Source of the DNA: a virus
Lineage: Duplodnaviria; Caudoviricetes
Virus record (IMG/VR): IMGVR_UViG_3300032303_003166
Span: 29,584-93,583 of that record
DNA: 64,000 nt
Reading direction: 5' to 3' (one strand)
Position 1 is the stretch's first letter; every line of letters begins with the position of its first letter. A model generated the notes under the pieces. It did not search any database. It was not told the DNA's origin and worked only from the letters and a program-made list of their open reading frames with translations. Below are positions 29,439-40,121 of the stretch, piece after piece. The translations under genes were made by a program, and so were the position numbers.

Positions 29439-30425
29439 ATGCTTCCATTTGATGCTATACTCGTAGATGTACTTAATGTGGCTTATAGAGTCTTAGAAGA
29501 TCGCTATAAAAAGTCGCGCTTTCAACAAAAAAGCGTATATACAGACCTTTTTTCTAATTTTGTAAATACCATTAGAGAGATTGAATCTAAGTATCTTTCC
29601 ACCACCGGAAATGTATATTTGTTATTTGATAACTCTGACTCAAAACAAGATTTGCAAGATTCATTCTATAATGTAAGACGTAAAAATATTTATCCCGAAT
29701 ACAAAGTTCATAGAAAGAAAGACAACAAAGATTTTTATCAAACAATTGACCTCTTAAAATATTATTATATGGTCAATACTGAAAAGTATGTTTGTATTCA
29801 AATATCCAATTTAGAGGCTGATGATCTTGTAAAGCCAGTACTAAGTCATTACATAAAGCCAGAGGAAAGAGCTCTATTTATTACAAATGATTCTGATTGG
29901 GCACGATATATTTCAAATCGTAATTTTATTCTGGATAATTTTGTAGAAGATCCCTCTTCAATTGATGATTATAGCAAGAAATTAGGCTTTCCAATTACAG
30001 AGAGCAATATTGTTCTTTATAAGTCTTTTTTTGGTGATGCTGCTGATGAGATTCCTCAAATTATTCCCAAGACAGAAAAAAACTTAGAAATGTTTTATGA
30101 TATAATTAAAAGAAAAAATGAAAATCTAAATGAGCTTGTATTAGAAGCTCGTAAAGGCGATCATCCTATTTTTAAATTGCCAGAATTTAAAACACAAATA
30201 AGAAATTCAGATGGAAAAATAGAAAAAGATTCTCTTTATAAGCTGGATCAATTTATTATAAATCTACGTTTAGTTTCATCTATTAGCATTGATAAAACAC
30301 ATCTTCTTGCAGCAACAGTTATGGGTCGTAATTCAATTAAGCTAAAAGAAGCTGTAGAAAAAGCCATGGGATTGCTTTCTTCTCAAAAGAAATTTACATT
30401 TGGATACAAGAGGCCACGAGTTTGA
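29439..30425 (+). CDS. 5'-3' exonuclease / T4 RNase H-like flap endonuclease
   Basis: LVDVLN, RKNIYPEYK, EADD, TNDSDW, GDAADEI. Confidence 0.9.
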   Translation: MLPFDAILVDVLNVAYRVLEDRYKKSRFQQKSVYTDLFSNFVNTIREIESKYLSTTGNVYLLFDNSDSKQDLQDSFYNVRRKNIYPEYKVHRKKDNKDFYQTIDLLKYYYMVNTEKYVCIQISNLEADDLVKPVLSHYIKPEERALFITNDSDWARYISNRNFILDNFVEDPSSIDDYSKKLGFPITESNIVLYKSFFGDAADEIPQIIPKTEKNLEMFYDIIKRKNENLNELVLEARKGDHPIFKLPEFKTQIRNSDGKIEKDSLYKLDQFIINLRLVSSISIDKTHLLAATVMGRNSIKLKEAVEKAMGLLSSQKKFTFGYKRPRV

Positions 30426-31414
30426 TTTGTTTTTTTGGAGACGTACACTTTACAGACCAACGAGAGTATTTATATGAAGCTGGAAATGAGTTTTTAAGTT
30501 TTTATAAAAATTTATCACAAAATAATTCTCAAAATATTGCTGTTTTCCTAGGTGATTTGGTTGAAACATTTATAAACAGTGGAAGAGTTTTTGAGCAACT
30601 TCACTTATTACTAGAATACTCAAAGTTTAAACATATTTATGTACTTGTAGGCAATCATGATTTGCGTAAGAGTAAGGGTAGAGAGCATCTTGCTTTTGAA
30701 TTTATTCGTAATATGCAAAATGTTACCATTCTTGAAAAACCTTTTGAAGAAATCACAATTGAAGGCTATTCTTGTCTTTCACTTCCTCATTATAATCATA
30801 TTGAGGGTTTGCCTCCTATGTATGATCATTACAATAGCATTCCCAAAGAATTTACTAGCAAAACTTATGATTTTGTACTAGGTCATTTGACTGACAATAC
30901 AATAAACGCTTTTGGAAAAGTAGCAGACCTATCTGCAATAAAAACAAAGAAATTAATTCTAGGACATATACATACCAGATCAAATTCCAGCTATATTGGA
31001 TCTATTTATCCACTAAATCCTCTGCAGAGTGATGAAACCAGAGCTATCTGGTGCTTGGATAAATATGACTGGTCAGAAATTTCTCTTCCAAAAATGCTAG
31101 GCTATTATGAAGTTGAATTTCCTGAATCTCTTCCAGCTGTTGATCATAAAATCTCTTCTTGGACCGTCTATAATTGCTATGACGTGTCTTTACTAAAGCA
31201 AAAATATGGAAATATTCATATTAGACAGGTAAACTCTAAACCTAAAAATTTAAATAAATCTGTCTTAAAGAAAGAGCATTTTCGTCTTTCGTTCTCTGAT
31301 TCCCAATCTTCTAAACCAATAGATCTACTTAATGAGTTAATCAAGTCCTCAAGTACATCATATGATCGTGGAGCTGTTTCTATTTTAAAGAAACTATTAT
31401 CTTCTCCTGCTTAA
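30422..31414 (+). CDS. Mre11/SbcD/gp47-like metallophosphoesterase nuclease
   Basis: GDVH, LGDL, GNHD, GHIH. Confidence 0.85.
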   Translation: MICFFGDVHFTDQREYLYEAGNEFLSFYKNLSQNNSQNIAVFLGDLVETFINSGRVFEQLHLLLEYSKFKHIYVLVGNHDLRKSKGREHLAFEFIRNMQNVTILEKPFEEITIEGYSCLSLPHYNHIEGLPPMYDHYNSIPKEFTSKTYDFVLGHLTDNTINAFGKVADLSAIKTKKLILGHIHTRSNSSYIGSIYPLNPLQSDETRAIWCLDKYDWSEISLPKMLGYYEVEFPESLPAVDHKISSWTVYNCYDVSLLKQKYGNIHIRQVNSKPKNLNKSVLKKEHFRLSFSDSQSSKPIDLLNELIKSSSTSYDRGAVSILKKLLSSPA

Positions 31415-31433
31415 AAAATTGTACTAATTTAAT

Positions 31434-32579
31434 ATGGGACAAGAATTTCAATATGAATCATTTTATGACACTAAAAAATATGGAATGTCATACTACTCAG
31501 TTCAGATCGCTTTAGAGCGATTTATTGCTGAAAAAATATTACGTGGTGATCTTTCAAGGATTCTTTTTACCGCTGATTCTTTCGTATTTCGCGCTAGAAT
31601 GGAGCAACAAGATCGTAGTACAGCCTATCAAGCAGCTTCTTCATTAAAATTTCCTTTTTCAAATTATTGGTATGAAGGTTTTTGGGAAAGAGATGACAGA
31701 ATAGCATCTAATCAAGCATCACAACAGCTATCAGGAATAAACTTAGGTGGAGACTTTTATATAAGATCTCGCGCAGTTATGACCACTATTCCGTTTACTT
31801 TTTATTTTAACTCAGACAATGATGCGCGAATAGCTTATGAAAAACTACAATGGACATTTAATCCAAGAAGTGCTGTACTTTCAACAACTGTTAAATACAA
31901 AGAACATATTATAGATATTCCAGTAATCGTGTCATTAGAAGATCTAGTATATAATCCTGATTACACTGAAAAAGAATGGTTAAGTCAAAATAGAATTATT
32001 CCTATTAGAGCAAATTTTAAAATAAGAACGTATACTCTTGGTCCTAATGTTCAAACACCAGTTCCTGGTGGTCTTGACACAACAGATACTGAAGATGAAA
32101 TTATATCTATCACAGAAACTGCATTACTACAATTTTTTCAAAGTAAAAATTTGTATACAACTTTAACAATAGATGATATAGAGCCTTTAGATGAGGTTGA
32201 ATTAGCGGTCAATGCTTATTTTGATCCAACATATGATGTTGTTATAAACTCTATTACTAGTAGTAACATTACTTATAGCTCTGTAAAAATTAGTTGGAAT
32301 CTTGATATTCCACCAATATCTGATCCTACCTCAATTGAAAGCATAATCATAAGTACTAAAGGAAAAGAGTCTGTGACTATAAATAATCCAGCTCTTATTG
32401 ATGACTATGTGTTCACTGGTCTTAATGAATTATCCACCTATAAGTTTCAATTATATATTAAATTAAAATCAGGAAAGATAAAAATTCAAACAATAACTAT
32501 TACTACAGCAAACAATCCAGCAGTTCCAGACATTGGGGGACTAGCTGGTCTTAAATCTTTAAGAGGAGTAACTTTCTAA
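31434..32579 (+). CDS. tail terminator/sheath stabiliser (gp15-like) with C-terminal FN3-like domain
   Basis: DIPVIVSLED..YNPDY..NRII..NF.IRTY; SVKISW...FTGLNELSTYKF; directly upstream of the sheath. Confidence 0.55.
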   Translation: MGQEFQYESFYDTKKYGMSYYSVQIALERFIAEKILRGDLSRILFTADSFVFRARMEQQDRSTAYQAASSLKFPFSNYWYEGFWERDDRIASNQASQQLSGINLGGDFYIRSRAVMTTIPFTFYFNSDNDARIAYEKLQWTFNPRSAVLSTTVKYKEHIIDIPVIVSLEDLVYNPDYTEKEWLSQNRIIPIRANFKIRTYTLGPNVQTPVPGGLDTTDTEDEIISITETALLQFFQSKNLYTTLTIDDIEPLDEVELAVNAYFDPTYDVVINSITSSNITYSSVKISWNLDIPPISDPTSIESIIISTKGKESVTINNPALIDDYVFTGLNELSTYKFQLYIKLKSGKIKIQTITITTANNPAVPDIGGLAGLKSLRGVTF

Positions 32580-32659
32580 TTTAAGATACTAATTATTATG
32601 TGGTGGATACTAATAGATTTTGCGCTCCACTTTACGGATTCAAAGGAGTAACACACTAA

Positions 32660-34957
32660 ATGGCAGGAAATTTTAGACTTTCATTCAATGATATTGACAC
32701 AAGCCAAGCTCTTGGAGTAGTAGACTCATTTATAAGAGGATACATGGTTTTAAAAGCACCTAAAGGAAATGCACTTCCAACATATTTTCCAAGAGGATCA
32801 GCTAATAAAATAATTTCTCTTATAGGTGTTCCTTCAGTTACATATCCTAATATACAAGACGCTCTTGACTTTAACGCCCAATATGGCCTTTACATATCAT
32901 CACCAGCATCAGGATCCTTAGGATATGCTTCATACTATGGCGGAGTTTACTTAACAGAGTATGGTTTGTTTAATTTTGATAGAGTAAGTGACATAACTTC
33001 TCCTAATTATAAGGTTGCTCTTACTATAGGTGGTGAAGTTGCAAAAAATGGTTTAGCATCAGTAAATTCAAATCTATCTTGGAATTCAGGTTCTGGTATA
33101 ATAATAGGAGATGGTGAAGGAAGTGCATATATTCCAGATTGGGTATATGATAAACTTAGTGGAATAAGACTTACATACAATGGAAATAATCTTGGAAGTG
33201 AAGATTTAAAAGGAAAAGTAATTGACATTACTGTTGATAAATCTGCTAATCCAGCTAAGTTAAAGTATGAAGGAACCGAGATTGGAAATATAACCACTAC
33301 CAATGGGACACATATTGCAACTTTAGCTGGTACTCTGGATACTAGTCCCACTAGTCCAGAAATTCTATGGGGTGAAGATAGTCTAACTATAGCCTATTTC
33401 ACATCTTATTTTAATAGCAATGGAATTACAAAAGAGTGGATTCTAGATTTAGCTGATGATACTTATTTTTATCTAAATCAACGATCTCCTAGTGAGATTC
33501 CAACAAATCTTACTATTTCTAAAATAGGATATTTTAGATCTATATCCAGTATTTCTACTAGTGACGCTTCAACATGTGTTTTTACTTGTAAGAATCACTC
33601 TTTAACAAACTTATCTACCATTTCATTCTCCCAGATTGGATCTCTTAGTATTCTTGGCCACACTGCAACACGAAAATATTATGTTCATTATATTAATGCT
33701 GATACTTTTAGTATATCCATATTGCCTACTAGTACTCCTTTAGTATATGAATCAACTCCTGGCACTCCTACAAGTTCACAGATTATAGGGACAATAGGCG
33801 CTGGTGTTACTTACACAGAAACCAAGTGGTCAACCAATCAAATTTCATTCTCATTTACTGAGGCAGGAGCTCCTGGAAAGCAAGTGGTTGGTGGAACATT
33901 TATTGGAAATCTTGTCAGCACTTCAAAAGATTCTTATAACTCAAACAATTATATAGAAAATCTTCTTATGGATACAGACAATAATTTTCTTCAAATAAGA
34001 GTTGTAAAACCATTTACGGGTTCAACACTATATAGCGTTCCTGCTGCTACAACAGTCTCTATAACTGGAAAAAGATATGCAGCTCAAGCAGATGCAGACC
34101 TGGCAGTTATCCTTAGTGAAGGATGGGAATTTGCCACTGAAGACGAATATGATGTTGTAGACCTCTTTATGGAGCCTAGTGGAGAACCTTCCATTAAAGA
34201 TTCTTTGGTTTCACTAAGGTCTGTTCATCAGCTATCAACCATAATTGCTCCTATTCTTGGTACAACTGTTGATGAAATACATGATGCTCATGCCGGTGCT
34301 CCAAGCTCAAAAGGCCTTGCATATTATGCAAATCAGTTTATGATTAAAGAAAACTATGCAGGAACTCAATTCTGGAGCAATTGTATAGGCGCAATAGGAA
34401 CCAAACTTGCCACAATAATGCTAGCACGTTATGGTGGATGGGCTCCTATGTTTGTGGATTACAACGGCCTTGGCGGATCTTTACCAGTGTCTGTCATCAA
34501 GCAAAAAGTTAAGTTTAGTAATGAGAATCAACAACTAATGGATCAGCTAGGAATCAATGTCATAATTCAAGATCCGTATCATGGACCTCTTATCTTAGGT
34601 CAAAAAACATCAATTGCTACTGGAGAAATTAGCGATTGGAGTTATCTTGCTCATAGCATGGCATTTGACTCATTTAAAAGAGAGATCAGAGATCTGGTAA
34701 TGATTCCTCAATTAGGTAAGCCAATTGACACTGAATTTCAGAATCTAAGACAATTTCAAGCTCAAGCAATTCTAGACAAGAGAACATTAGGACCAAACAG
34801 AATATGGGAAGCCGGTATTGTGGATGCTTATGTTGGAAATGACGCTGCAGCAAAAGCAGCACGAACATTTAAACTATTGGTTCGAGTAAAAGTAACAGTG
34901 TTCTCAGAATTTGTAGAACTTACTCTTGAGAATGTTGGTCAAAATGTTACATTATAA
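32660..34957 (+). CDS. tail sheath protein
   Basis: Sheath-like C-terminus (GWAP, GINVI..GPLILGQKT, VKVTVFSEFVELTL); followed by tube genes. Confidence 0.8.
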   Translation: MAGNFRLSFNDIDTSQALGVVDSFIRGYMVLKAPKGNALPTYFPRGSANKIISLIGVPSVTYPNIQDALDFNAQYGLYISSPASGSLGYASYYGGVYLTEYGLFNFDRVSDITSPNYKVALTIGGEVAKNGLASVNSNLSWNSGSGIIIGDGEGSAYIPDWVYDKLSGIRLTYNGNNLGSEDLKGKVIDITVDKSANPAKLKYEGTEIGNITTTNGTHIATLAGTLDTSPTSPEILWGEDSLTIAYFTSYFNSNGITKEWILDLADDTYFYLNQRSPSEIPTNLTISKIGYFRSISSISTSDASTCVFTCKNHSLTNLSTISFSQIGSLSILGHTATRKYYVHYINADTFSISILPTSTPLVYESTPGTPTSSQIIGTIGAGVTYTETKWSTNQISFSFTEAGAPGKQVVGGTFIGNLVSTSKDSYNSNNYIENLLMDTDNNFLQIRVVKPFTGSTLYSVPAATTVSITGKRYAAQADADLAVILSEGWEFATEDEYDVVDLFMEPSGEPSIKDSLVSLRSVHQLSTIIAPILGTTVDEIHDAHAGAPSSKGLAYYANQFMIKENYAGTQFWSNCIGAIGTKLATIMLARYGGWAPMFVDYNGLGGSLPVSVIKQKVKFSNENQQLMDQLGINVIIQDPYHGPLILGQKTSIATGEISDWSYLAHSMAFDSFKREIRDLVMIPQLGKPIDTEFQNLRQFQAQAILDKRTLGPNRIWEAGIVDAYVGNDAAAKAARTFKLLVRVKVTVFSEFVELTLENVGQNVTL

Positions 34958-34982
34958 GAGAATAAAGAAGGAAATATAATAT

Positions 34983-35549
34983 ATGGCAGCACTACTAGAC
35001 AATACCAATCACACAATAGAGCTTATTACAGCTGGCACCGATGCCATGTCTAATATGTTTGAAGTGAAGATAACTCTTCCTGCCGGGGTTGTGGGCTCAG
35101 CTACTCCTACAACTCTAAGAATAAGAGCAGAGGGTTTTTCTCCTCCAGTTTTAAACCAAGGGGTATATGCTGTAAAATACAAAACAGCCACTCTTAATAG
35201 ACCTAATGCAGCAATTGAGGGAGAAAGAACTTTTGATATAACATTTAGATTGGATGCTTACTATACGGTGTATAAGACACTAAAAGACTGGCAAAAAACT
35301 TATGTTAACGTTTATACTGGAAAAGCTTCAACAAATCTTGACTCAATTGGAACTGTAGAAGTTAAGTCTTTTGCTGATACTGCTGTAGCAAGTAATGTAT
35401 CCGGCAAAGCATCCTCTATAATATGGACATTTAGTAAGGTTTGGATTCAAAAAATAACTGAACCAGAGTTTACTACTGAAAATTCAGATGCACAAAAAAT
35501 AACAGTTACATTCTATTATGCTTATGCAACTAACCCATCAGATCAATAA
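34983..35549 (+). CDS. tail tube protein
   Basis: NMFEV, FDITFRLD, W, PEF pattern (gp19-like); position after the sheath. Confidence 0.7.
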   Translation: MAALLDNTNHTIELITAGTDAMSNMFEVKITLPAGVVGSATPTTLRIRAEGFSPPVLNQGVYAVKYKTATLNRPNAAIEGERTFDITFRLDAYYTVYKTLKDWQKTYVNVYTGKASTNLDSIGTVEVKSFADTAVASNVSGKASSIIWTFSKVWIQKITEPEFTTENSDAQKITVTFYYAYATNPSDQ

Positions 35550-35554
35550 TTAAA

Positions 35555-35580
35555 ACTTAGAGATCATGTGATCTCTAAGT
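35555..35580. repeat. 12-bp perfect inverted repeat
   Basis: ACTTAGAGATCA-TG-TGATCTCTAAGT. Confidence 0.85.
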
Positions 35581-35607
35581 AGCAATAATTAGATAAGGAT
35601 TCATAAT

Positions 35608-36678
35608 ATGGCTTTTTACAATCCTATCTCTTCATCAAGATATGATAATACTACTGATGCTAAAGAAGCTGCTGCAGCTGCAGCGGCAACCGCAAGTGCA
35701 GCCGCAAGTGCAGCCGCAAGTGCAGCCCCAACTGCATTCTACGATACTGGTGCAGATCGTCAAGCTAAACAAGACCAACAAGACAGAAGTGACGCCAGAG
35801 CACAAAACGCAATTGACGCCGCAAGTACAGCCAACCGTGCAGCCCCAACTGCAGCTTATGGAAGCGCTGCAGCTTCTCAAGCATCAGCAGATGCTGCTGC
35901 TAAAGCATCAGCAGATGCTGCTAAAGCATCAGCAGATGCTGCTAAAGCATCAGCAGATGCTGATCAAGCATCAGCAGAGGCTGCAAGAAATACTCTAGGT
36001 AATACCAATAGCACCACCTATCTTATTGCAGCTGGTGCTGATGCACTGAGCAATATGTTTGAAGTGCATATTACTATTCCTCCTAGCGCTGGCGGAAGTG
36101 CAGATGAGCAGCCATTTAAAATGAGAGCAACTGCTTTTTCTCCAACTGTAATATCTCATTCTACTTATGAGTTTCATTATAAGTCATTATCAATACTAAA
36201 ACCAACATCCAAAATGGAAGGGCCTAGAACTTTTGATATAACATTTAGATTGGATGAAAATTACTATATCTATTCTTCTTTAAAAGCCTGGCAAAATACC
36301 ATATTTAATTCTTCATCTGGATACGCATCTACAGGTTTAACAAATGAATATCTTGGAAACATTAAAGTAATAGCTAAAGCCAATTATACAAATATTGGCG
36401 TTTATGATGAAGATTTTGTAGATAACTCAGGTAGTAACCAAATATGGAACTATGGCGGAGTTTGGATTTCTAAGATAACAGAACCAGAGCTTAATTATGC
36501 ATCATCAGATGCTTTACAAATAACTGCTACATTTAACTTTGCCAATGTAGAAGTACCATCAAATACATATGCTAATGGAACCACTACAGAACAACACATA
36601 GCAGAAGAGCGTAAGACTCCTACTCCTTTAACTACCCCTAGCACCACTCCCACCACTTCAAACAAATATTATAACTAG
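35608..36678 (+). CDS. tail tube paralog with Ala-rich repetitive N-terminal extension
   Basis: C-terminal ~200 aa aligns by eye with 34983..35549. Confidence 0.7.
   Translation: MAFYNPISSSRYDNTTDAKEAAAAAAATASAAASAAASAAPTAFYDTGADRQAKQDQQDRSDARAQNAIDAASTANRAAPTAAYGSAAASQASADAAAKASADAAKASADAAKASADADQASAEAARNTLGNTNSTTYLIAAGADALSNMFEVHITIPPSAGGSADEQPFKMRATAFSPTVISHSTYEFHYKSLSILKPTSKMEGPRTFDITFRLDENYYIYSSLKAWQNTIFNSSSGYASTGLTNEYLGNIKVIAKANYTNIGVYDEDFVDNSGSNQIWNYGGVWISKITEPELNYASSDALQITATFNFANVEVPSNTYANGTTTEQHIAEERKTPTPLTTPSTTPTTSNKYYN
35690..35980 (+). repeat. coding tandem repeats (12-bp GCAAGTGCAGCC x3; ~21-bp GCATCAGCAGATGCTGCTAAA x4)
   Basis: Directly visible; encodes ASAA and ASADAAK repeats. 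Confidence 0.85.
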
Positions 36679-36717
36679 ATCCTTTTTTTAGTTATAGTTT
36701 CTTTTACTAATTAATGT

Positions 36718-37266
36718 ATGGCAACCAATATAGCAGAGACAATAAAGAGTCTTCAAACCTGGAAAGATTTCTCACCCAATCTTTTTGAAGCAACTGCCGT
36801 TTTAACTCCAAATGAAAATACTACTGCTGGTGGTGGTATGTATACTGATGGAAATATAGTGCTAAGCGTAACCGCGTTAAGCTTTGAAACAGGATCTTTA
36901 GAAGCAGAGCGCCATCCTCTTCTTAGAAAATTTGTAGTAAAAAATTATCAGTGGGAAAATACTGTATCTATAACCTGGAAAGAGGATTCCAATTTAACAG
37001 TTTGGAAGTATCATAAAGACTGGCTAAACAACTTTTACAATAAAACAAACGATACGTATAAAACCACATCTAACGGTAAGAAAAAAAATGTTACCATAGT
37101 TATTCAAAAAAATGATGGAACGCTGGCGACACTAGGAACATTAAGTTTCATTGGAATGATTCCTTCCTCTCCAATTGAGTTGGCTTTGGGATGGGAAATG
37201 AGCTCTGAAACTGCTTCTACAAGACAGATCTCTTATAATTATGATTATTGGAGCTATAGTCCATAA
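36718..37266 (+). CDS. tube-like baseplate/tail-tube initiator protein
   Basis: PNLFE, VSITWKED, DW, YDYW tube-fold pattern. Confidence 0.55.
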   Translation: MATNIAETIKSLQTWKDFSPNLFEATAVLTPNENTTAGGGMYTDGNIVLSVTALSFETGSLEAERHPLLRKFVVKNYQWENTVSITWKEDSNLTVWKYHKDWLNNFYNKTNDTYKTTSNGKKKNVTIVIQKNDGTLATLGTLSFIGMIPSSPIELALGWEMSSETASTRQISYNYDYWSYSP

Positions 37267-37706
37267 TGGCAACAAATCAATTACTTAGAAAAAGAGCAGA
37301 AGAATTAACCAAGAAATTCTTAGATCAATATAATTATGTTGATCTACATGCGCTAGGTCCATACTATAATAAAACAAGTGAGACCAACGAGATAGCTGTT
37401 TTTAAAGATGAAGCGCTGATAAATACTGTAAGAATGTGGATGTTGTCCAAGTCTGGAGATTATTATAGAGAGCCACAACGTGGTGGAGTAATTGATCTAC
37501 TTCTAGGAGCCCCAATGAATCAAACCAACATAGACTCTATAAAAAATAGCGTTCTGTCTAAGTTTAAAGCAGAGTTTACTCTAGTGGAAATTATTCAATT
37601 ACAAATAAATGCTGACACTATCAACAAAGTTTGGAAAGTTGCTTTTCAGGTTCTTGACATAATTAATAAGAAATTAGTAAACTTTAGTATAAATGTGCAG
37701 GTATAA
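37266..37706 (+). CDS. baseplate wedge / sheath initiator (gp25-like)
   Basis: ALINTVRMWMLSKSGDYYREPQRGG pattern. Confidence 0.7.
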   Translation: MATNQLLRKRAEELTKKFLDQYNYVDLHALGPYYNKTSETNEIAVFKDEALINTVRMWMLSKSGDYYREPQRGGVIDLLLGAPMNQTNIDSIKNSVLSKFKAEFTLVEIIQLQINADTINKVWKVAFQVLDIINKKLVNFSINVQV

Positions 37707-37709
37707 ACA

Positions 37710-40118
37710 ATGAAACAATTTGATGCAAACTCCATATATCAAAGGCTAAGAGCAAGATTAAGAACAAATGGAGATTTTTCTTTAGTAGCAGAAGATTCAA
37801 CCATAAATGCATTATTAAAAACAACAGCAGACATTAACTCAGAGTTAGCAAGATATATGGAATATCTTCTTGGCGAAAAAAAGTGGGATACTGCTCAAAA
37901 TACAAGTTCTATTTTTTCATTATGCAAGATGATTGGTTATAAACCTCATAGAAAAATATCAGCCATAGGAGAGGTTATTGTATCTCATGATCCCAGGCTT
38001 AGTAATTATCTTACAAAATTCTTTGAGTTAAACGCTACTTCAGAACAAGACGCAACCCCAGGAGCAATTACAACAAATCCCTCTTTAACCATGCAAGACA
38101 ATTTAAGGCCATGGAGTCCTTTAATGAATAACGCTACAGGAAGCGTTGATACTGTACCGGTATGGAAGATAAACGCAGGAGATATATTTAAAACATCCAA
38201 TGGTTTATCATATATTGCATTAGATACAAAAGAAATAAAAAGATATAGCACAGCTTTTTCTATTGCAGATTATACAAATCCAAATTTTACATGGGAAGGT
38301 TATAAATACGTAAGAGTCCCAGTTATTCAAGGAGAAATGAAATCCACCAGCATTACTCTTGCACTAAACACGCCCGTAATAGACTTTCTATCCATGACTA
38401 TAGAGTCTTCAAATATTGAAAATGCCGGAACAAATATTTCTTCTCAATTTTTTAAAGTAATTGTTTCAACTTTTACAAATGAATCTCCAGAAGAATGGAC
38501 AAAGGTAGATTCCATAATATCATCAGGTCCTTATGATAAAAATTATGAAGTATCTTCTTCTAGTGATTTCACTAAAGTTTATGTACAATTTGGAGATAAT
38601 AAAACCGGTCTAAAGCCTGCTCCAGGTTCAATAATAACTGTTCAATATCTATCAACCGCTGGAAGTGGCGGTAATCTTACTACAAGATCAAAAATAAGTT
38701 CACTAGTCTCACTTGTAAATGCTGATACAGGTTTTAATGGAATTTACGGCACTGGAACAGCAATAACCACACTTTATTGTACAAATGACACCTCTATTCT
38801 CGGAGGAAAAGATGTTGAAACAATAGATGAAATAAAAAAATATGCTCCTCTAGATTATTTAAGAAGTTATACCATAAGTACAGCAGACTCTTATGAAACA
38901 CAAATAAAATCCTATATTTCAAATGTGGATAAACTTATAGCGTTCTCTGGCCAATATACCAATCTTACAACCAATCTTACAAAAGACGTAGTATATCTTT
39001 CAGCCACAAACACGAGAGGTTTTCCTATTAAAGGAGATGAGGCCGCCACTTTTCTTTTAGATAGCCTAGAACTAATTGGTAAGAAAAAATCTCCTACAGA
39101 TACTATTCTTTATAAAGATCCAGAAGTAGTAAAACTTAGAATAAATTCCAAGGTTACTCTTTCTAACAAAAGCGTTTCTGAAACGGTCACTAAAGCAAAT
39201 ATATATTCACAATTATTTTCAAAATACTCTGTATTTTCTCAAGATTTTTCAACTCCAGTATATTTGGCCGACATAAATCAAACTATAAACTCAGATCCAA
39301 GTGTTTTACATTCAAATAATTCTATAGAAGCTGTTCAACAAATAGATTTTACTGATCTTAGCAAATGTTCTTATAACTATTCAACCAGAATGTTTACTTT
39401 TGATTTTAATTTTAGTAAACTTTTTGCAAATACTCCCTCTTTGACCGGCTTTAAGACAAAAAAGGATGGTAATGTAACATTCTTATTAAGGGTAGAAGTT
39501 CGTTGGCAAGAGGCTAATCATCCTAATAGAACTTTTTTCTTGTATGACACCAATGACTCATTAAGAGAACTTGGAACTACAATTGGATTACGTATTGCAC
39601 AATTTCAGTATATACCAGACACCATATTTGATAATACCACCATGGCCTCAAAAATAATTCCACCTAATCTTAATAAAGAATTATTTTATTATAATGTAAA
39701 TGCACAAGGCGTAGAAATTGGCAATTCCCCTATAACCGATAAGAACACATTATTTATTGGTGGCCAAAATGCAATGATATCACCATTTACCAGAACAGCA
39801 GCATATCCTTCACAAGCAGTCTCCATAAGCTTTTCAGAAAATCATGACACATCTGATACCACTTATGAAAGTGGAATAATCTCTTTTCCAGATAGAGATC
39901 CTGCAAATCCAACAGGTCATTATCAACCTATGTTTGATTTTGGTGGCGATAGTGCTGATCCTGCAGCTTTAATTTCATATTTTAATAATCTTAAAAATAG
40001 AGTTACTATAAAAGTATATGCTCAGCCAAAAATTACTGATATTTTGCCTTATTTAGACAATACAATTATATTTGTAGATGATGATGATATTATTATTGAA
40101 AGTCAAGGAAGTACGTAA
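37710..40118 (+). CDS. baseplate wedge subunit (gp6/J-like)
   Basis: DTAQ, IGYKP, VQFGDNKTG, YLSTAGSGGN, GGKDVETIDEIK. Confidence 0.85.
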   Translation: MKQFDANSIYQRLRARLRTNGDFSLVAEDSTINALLKTTADINSELARYMEYLLGEKKWDTAQNTSSIFSLCKMIGYKPHRKISAIGEVIVSHDPRLSNYLTKFFELNATSEQDATPGAITTNPSLTMQDNLRPWSPLMNNATGSVDTVPVWKINAGDIFKTSNGLSYIALDTKEIKRYSTAFSIADYTNPNFTWEGYKYVRVPVIQGEMKSTSITLALNTPVIDFLSMTIESSNIENAGTNISSQFFKVIVSTFTNESPEEWTKVDSIISSGPYDKNYEVSSSSDFTKVYVQFGDNKTGLKPAPGSIITVQYLSTAGSGGNLTTRSKISSLVSLVNADTGFNGIYGTGTAITTLYCTNDTSILGGKDVETIDEIKKYAPLDYLRSYTISTADSYETQIKSYISNVDKLIAFSGQYTNLTTNLTKDVVYLSATNTRGFPIKGDEAATFLLDSLELIGKKKSPTDTILYKDPEVVKLRINSKVTLSNKSVSETVTKANIYSQLFSKYSVFSQDFSTPVYLADINQTINSDPSVLHSNNSIEAVQQIDFTDLSKCSYNYSTRMFTFDFNFSKLFANTPSLTGFKTKKDGNVTFLLRVEVRWQEANHPNRTFFLYDTNDSLRELGTTIGLRIAQFQYIPDTIFDNTTMASKIIPPNLNKELFYYNVNAQGVEIGNSPITDKNTLFIGGQNAMISPFTRTAAYPSQAVSISFSENHDTSDTTYESGIISFPDRDPANPTGHYQPMFDFGGDSADPAALISYFNNLKNRVTIKVYAQPKITDILPYLDNTIIFVDDDDIIIESQGST

Positions 40119-40121
40119 TTT

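Noticed and set aside
35690-35980. CRISPR array
   Set aside because: These are head-to-tail in-frame coding repeats with no unique spacers.
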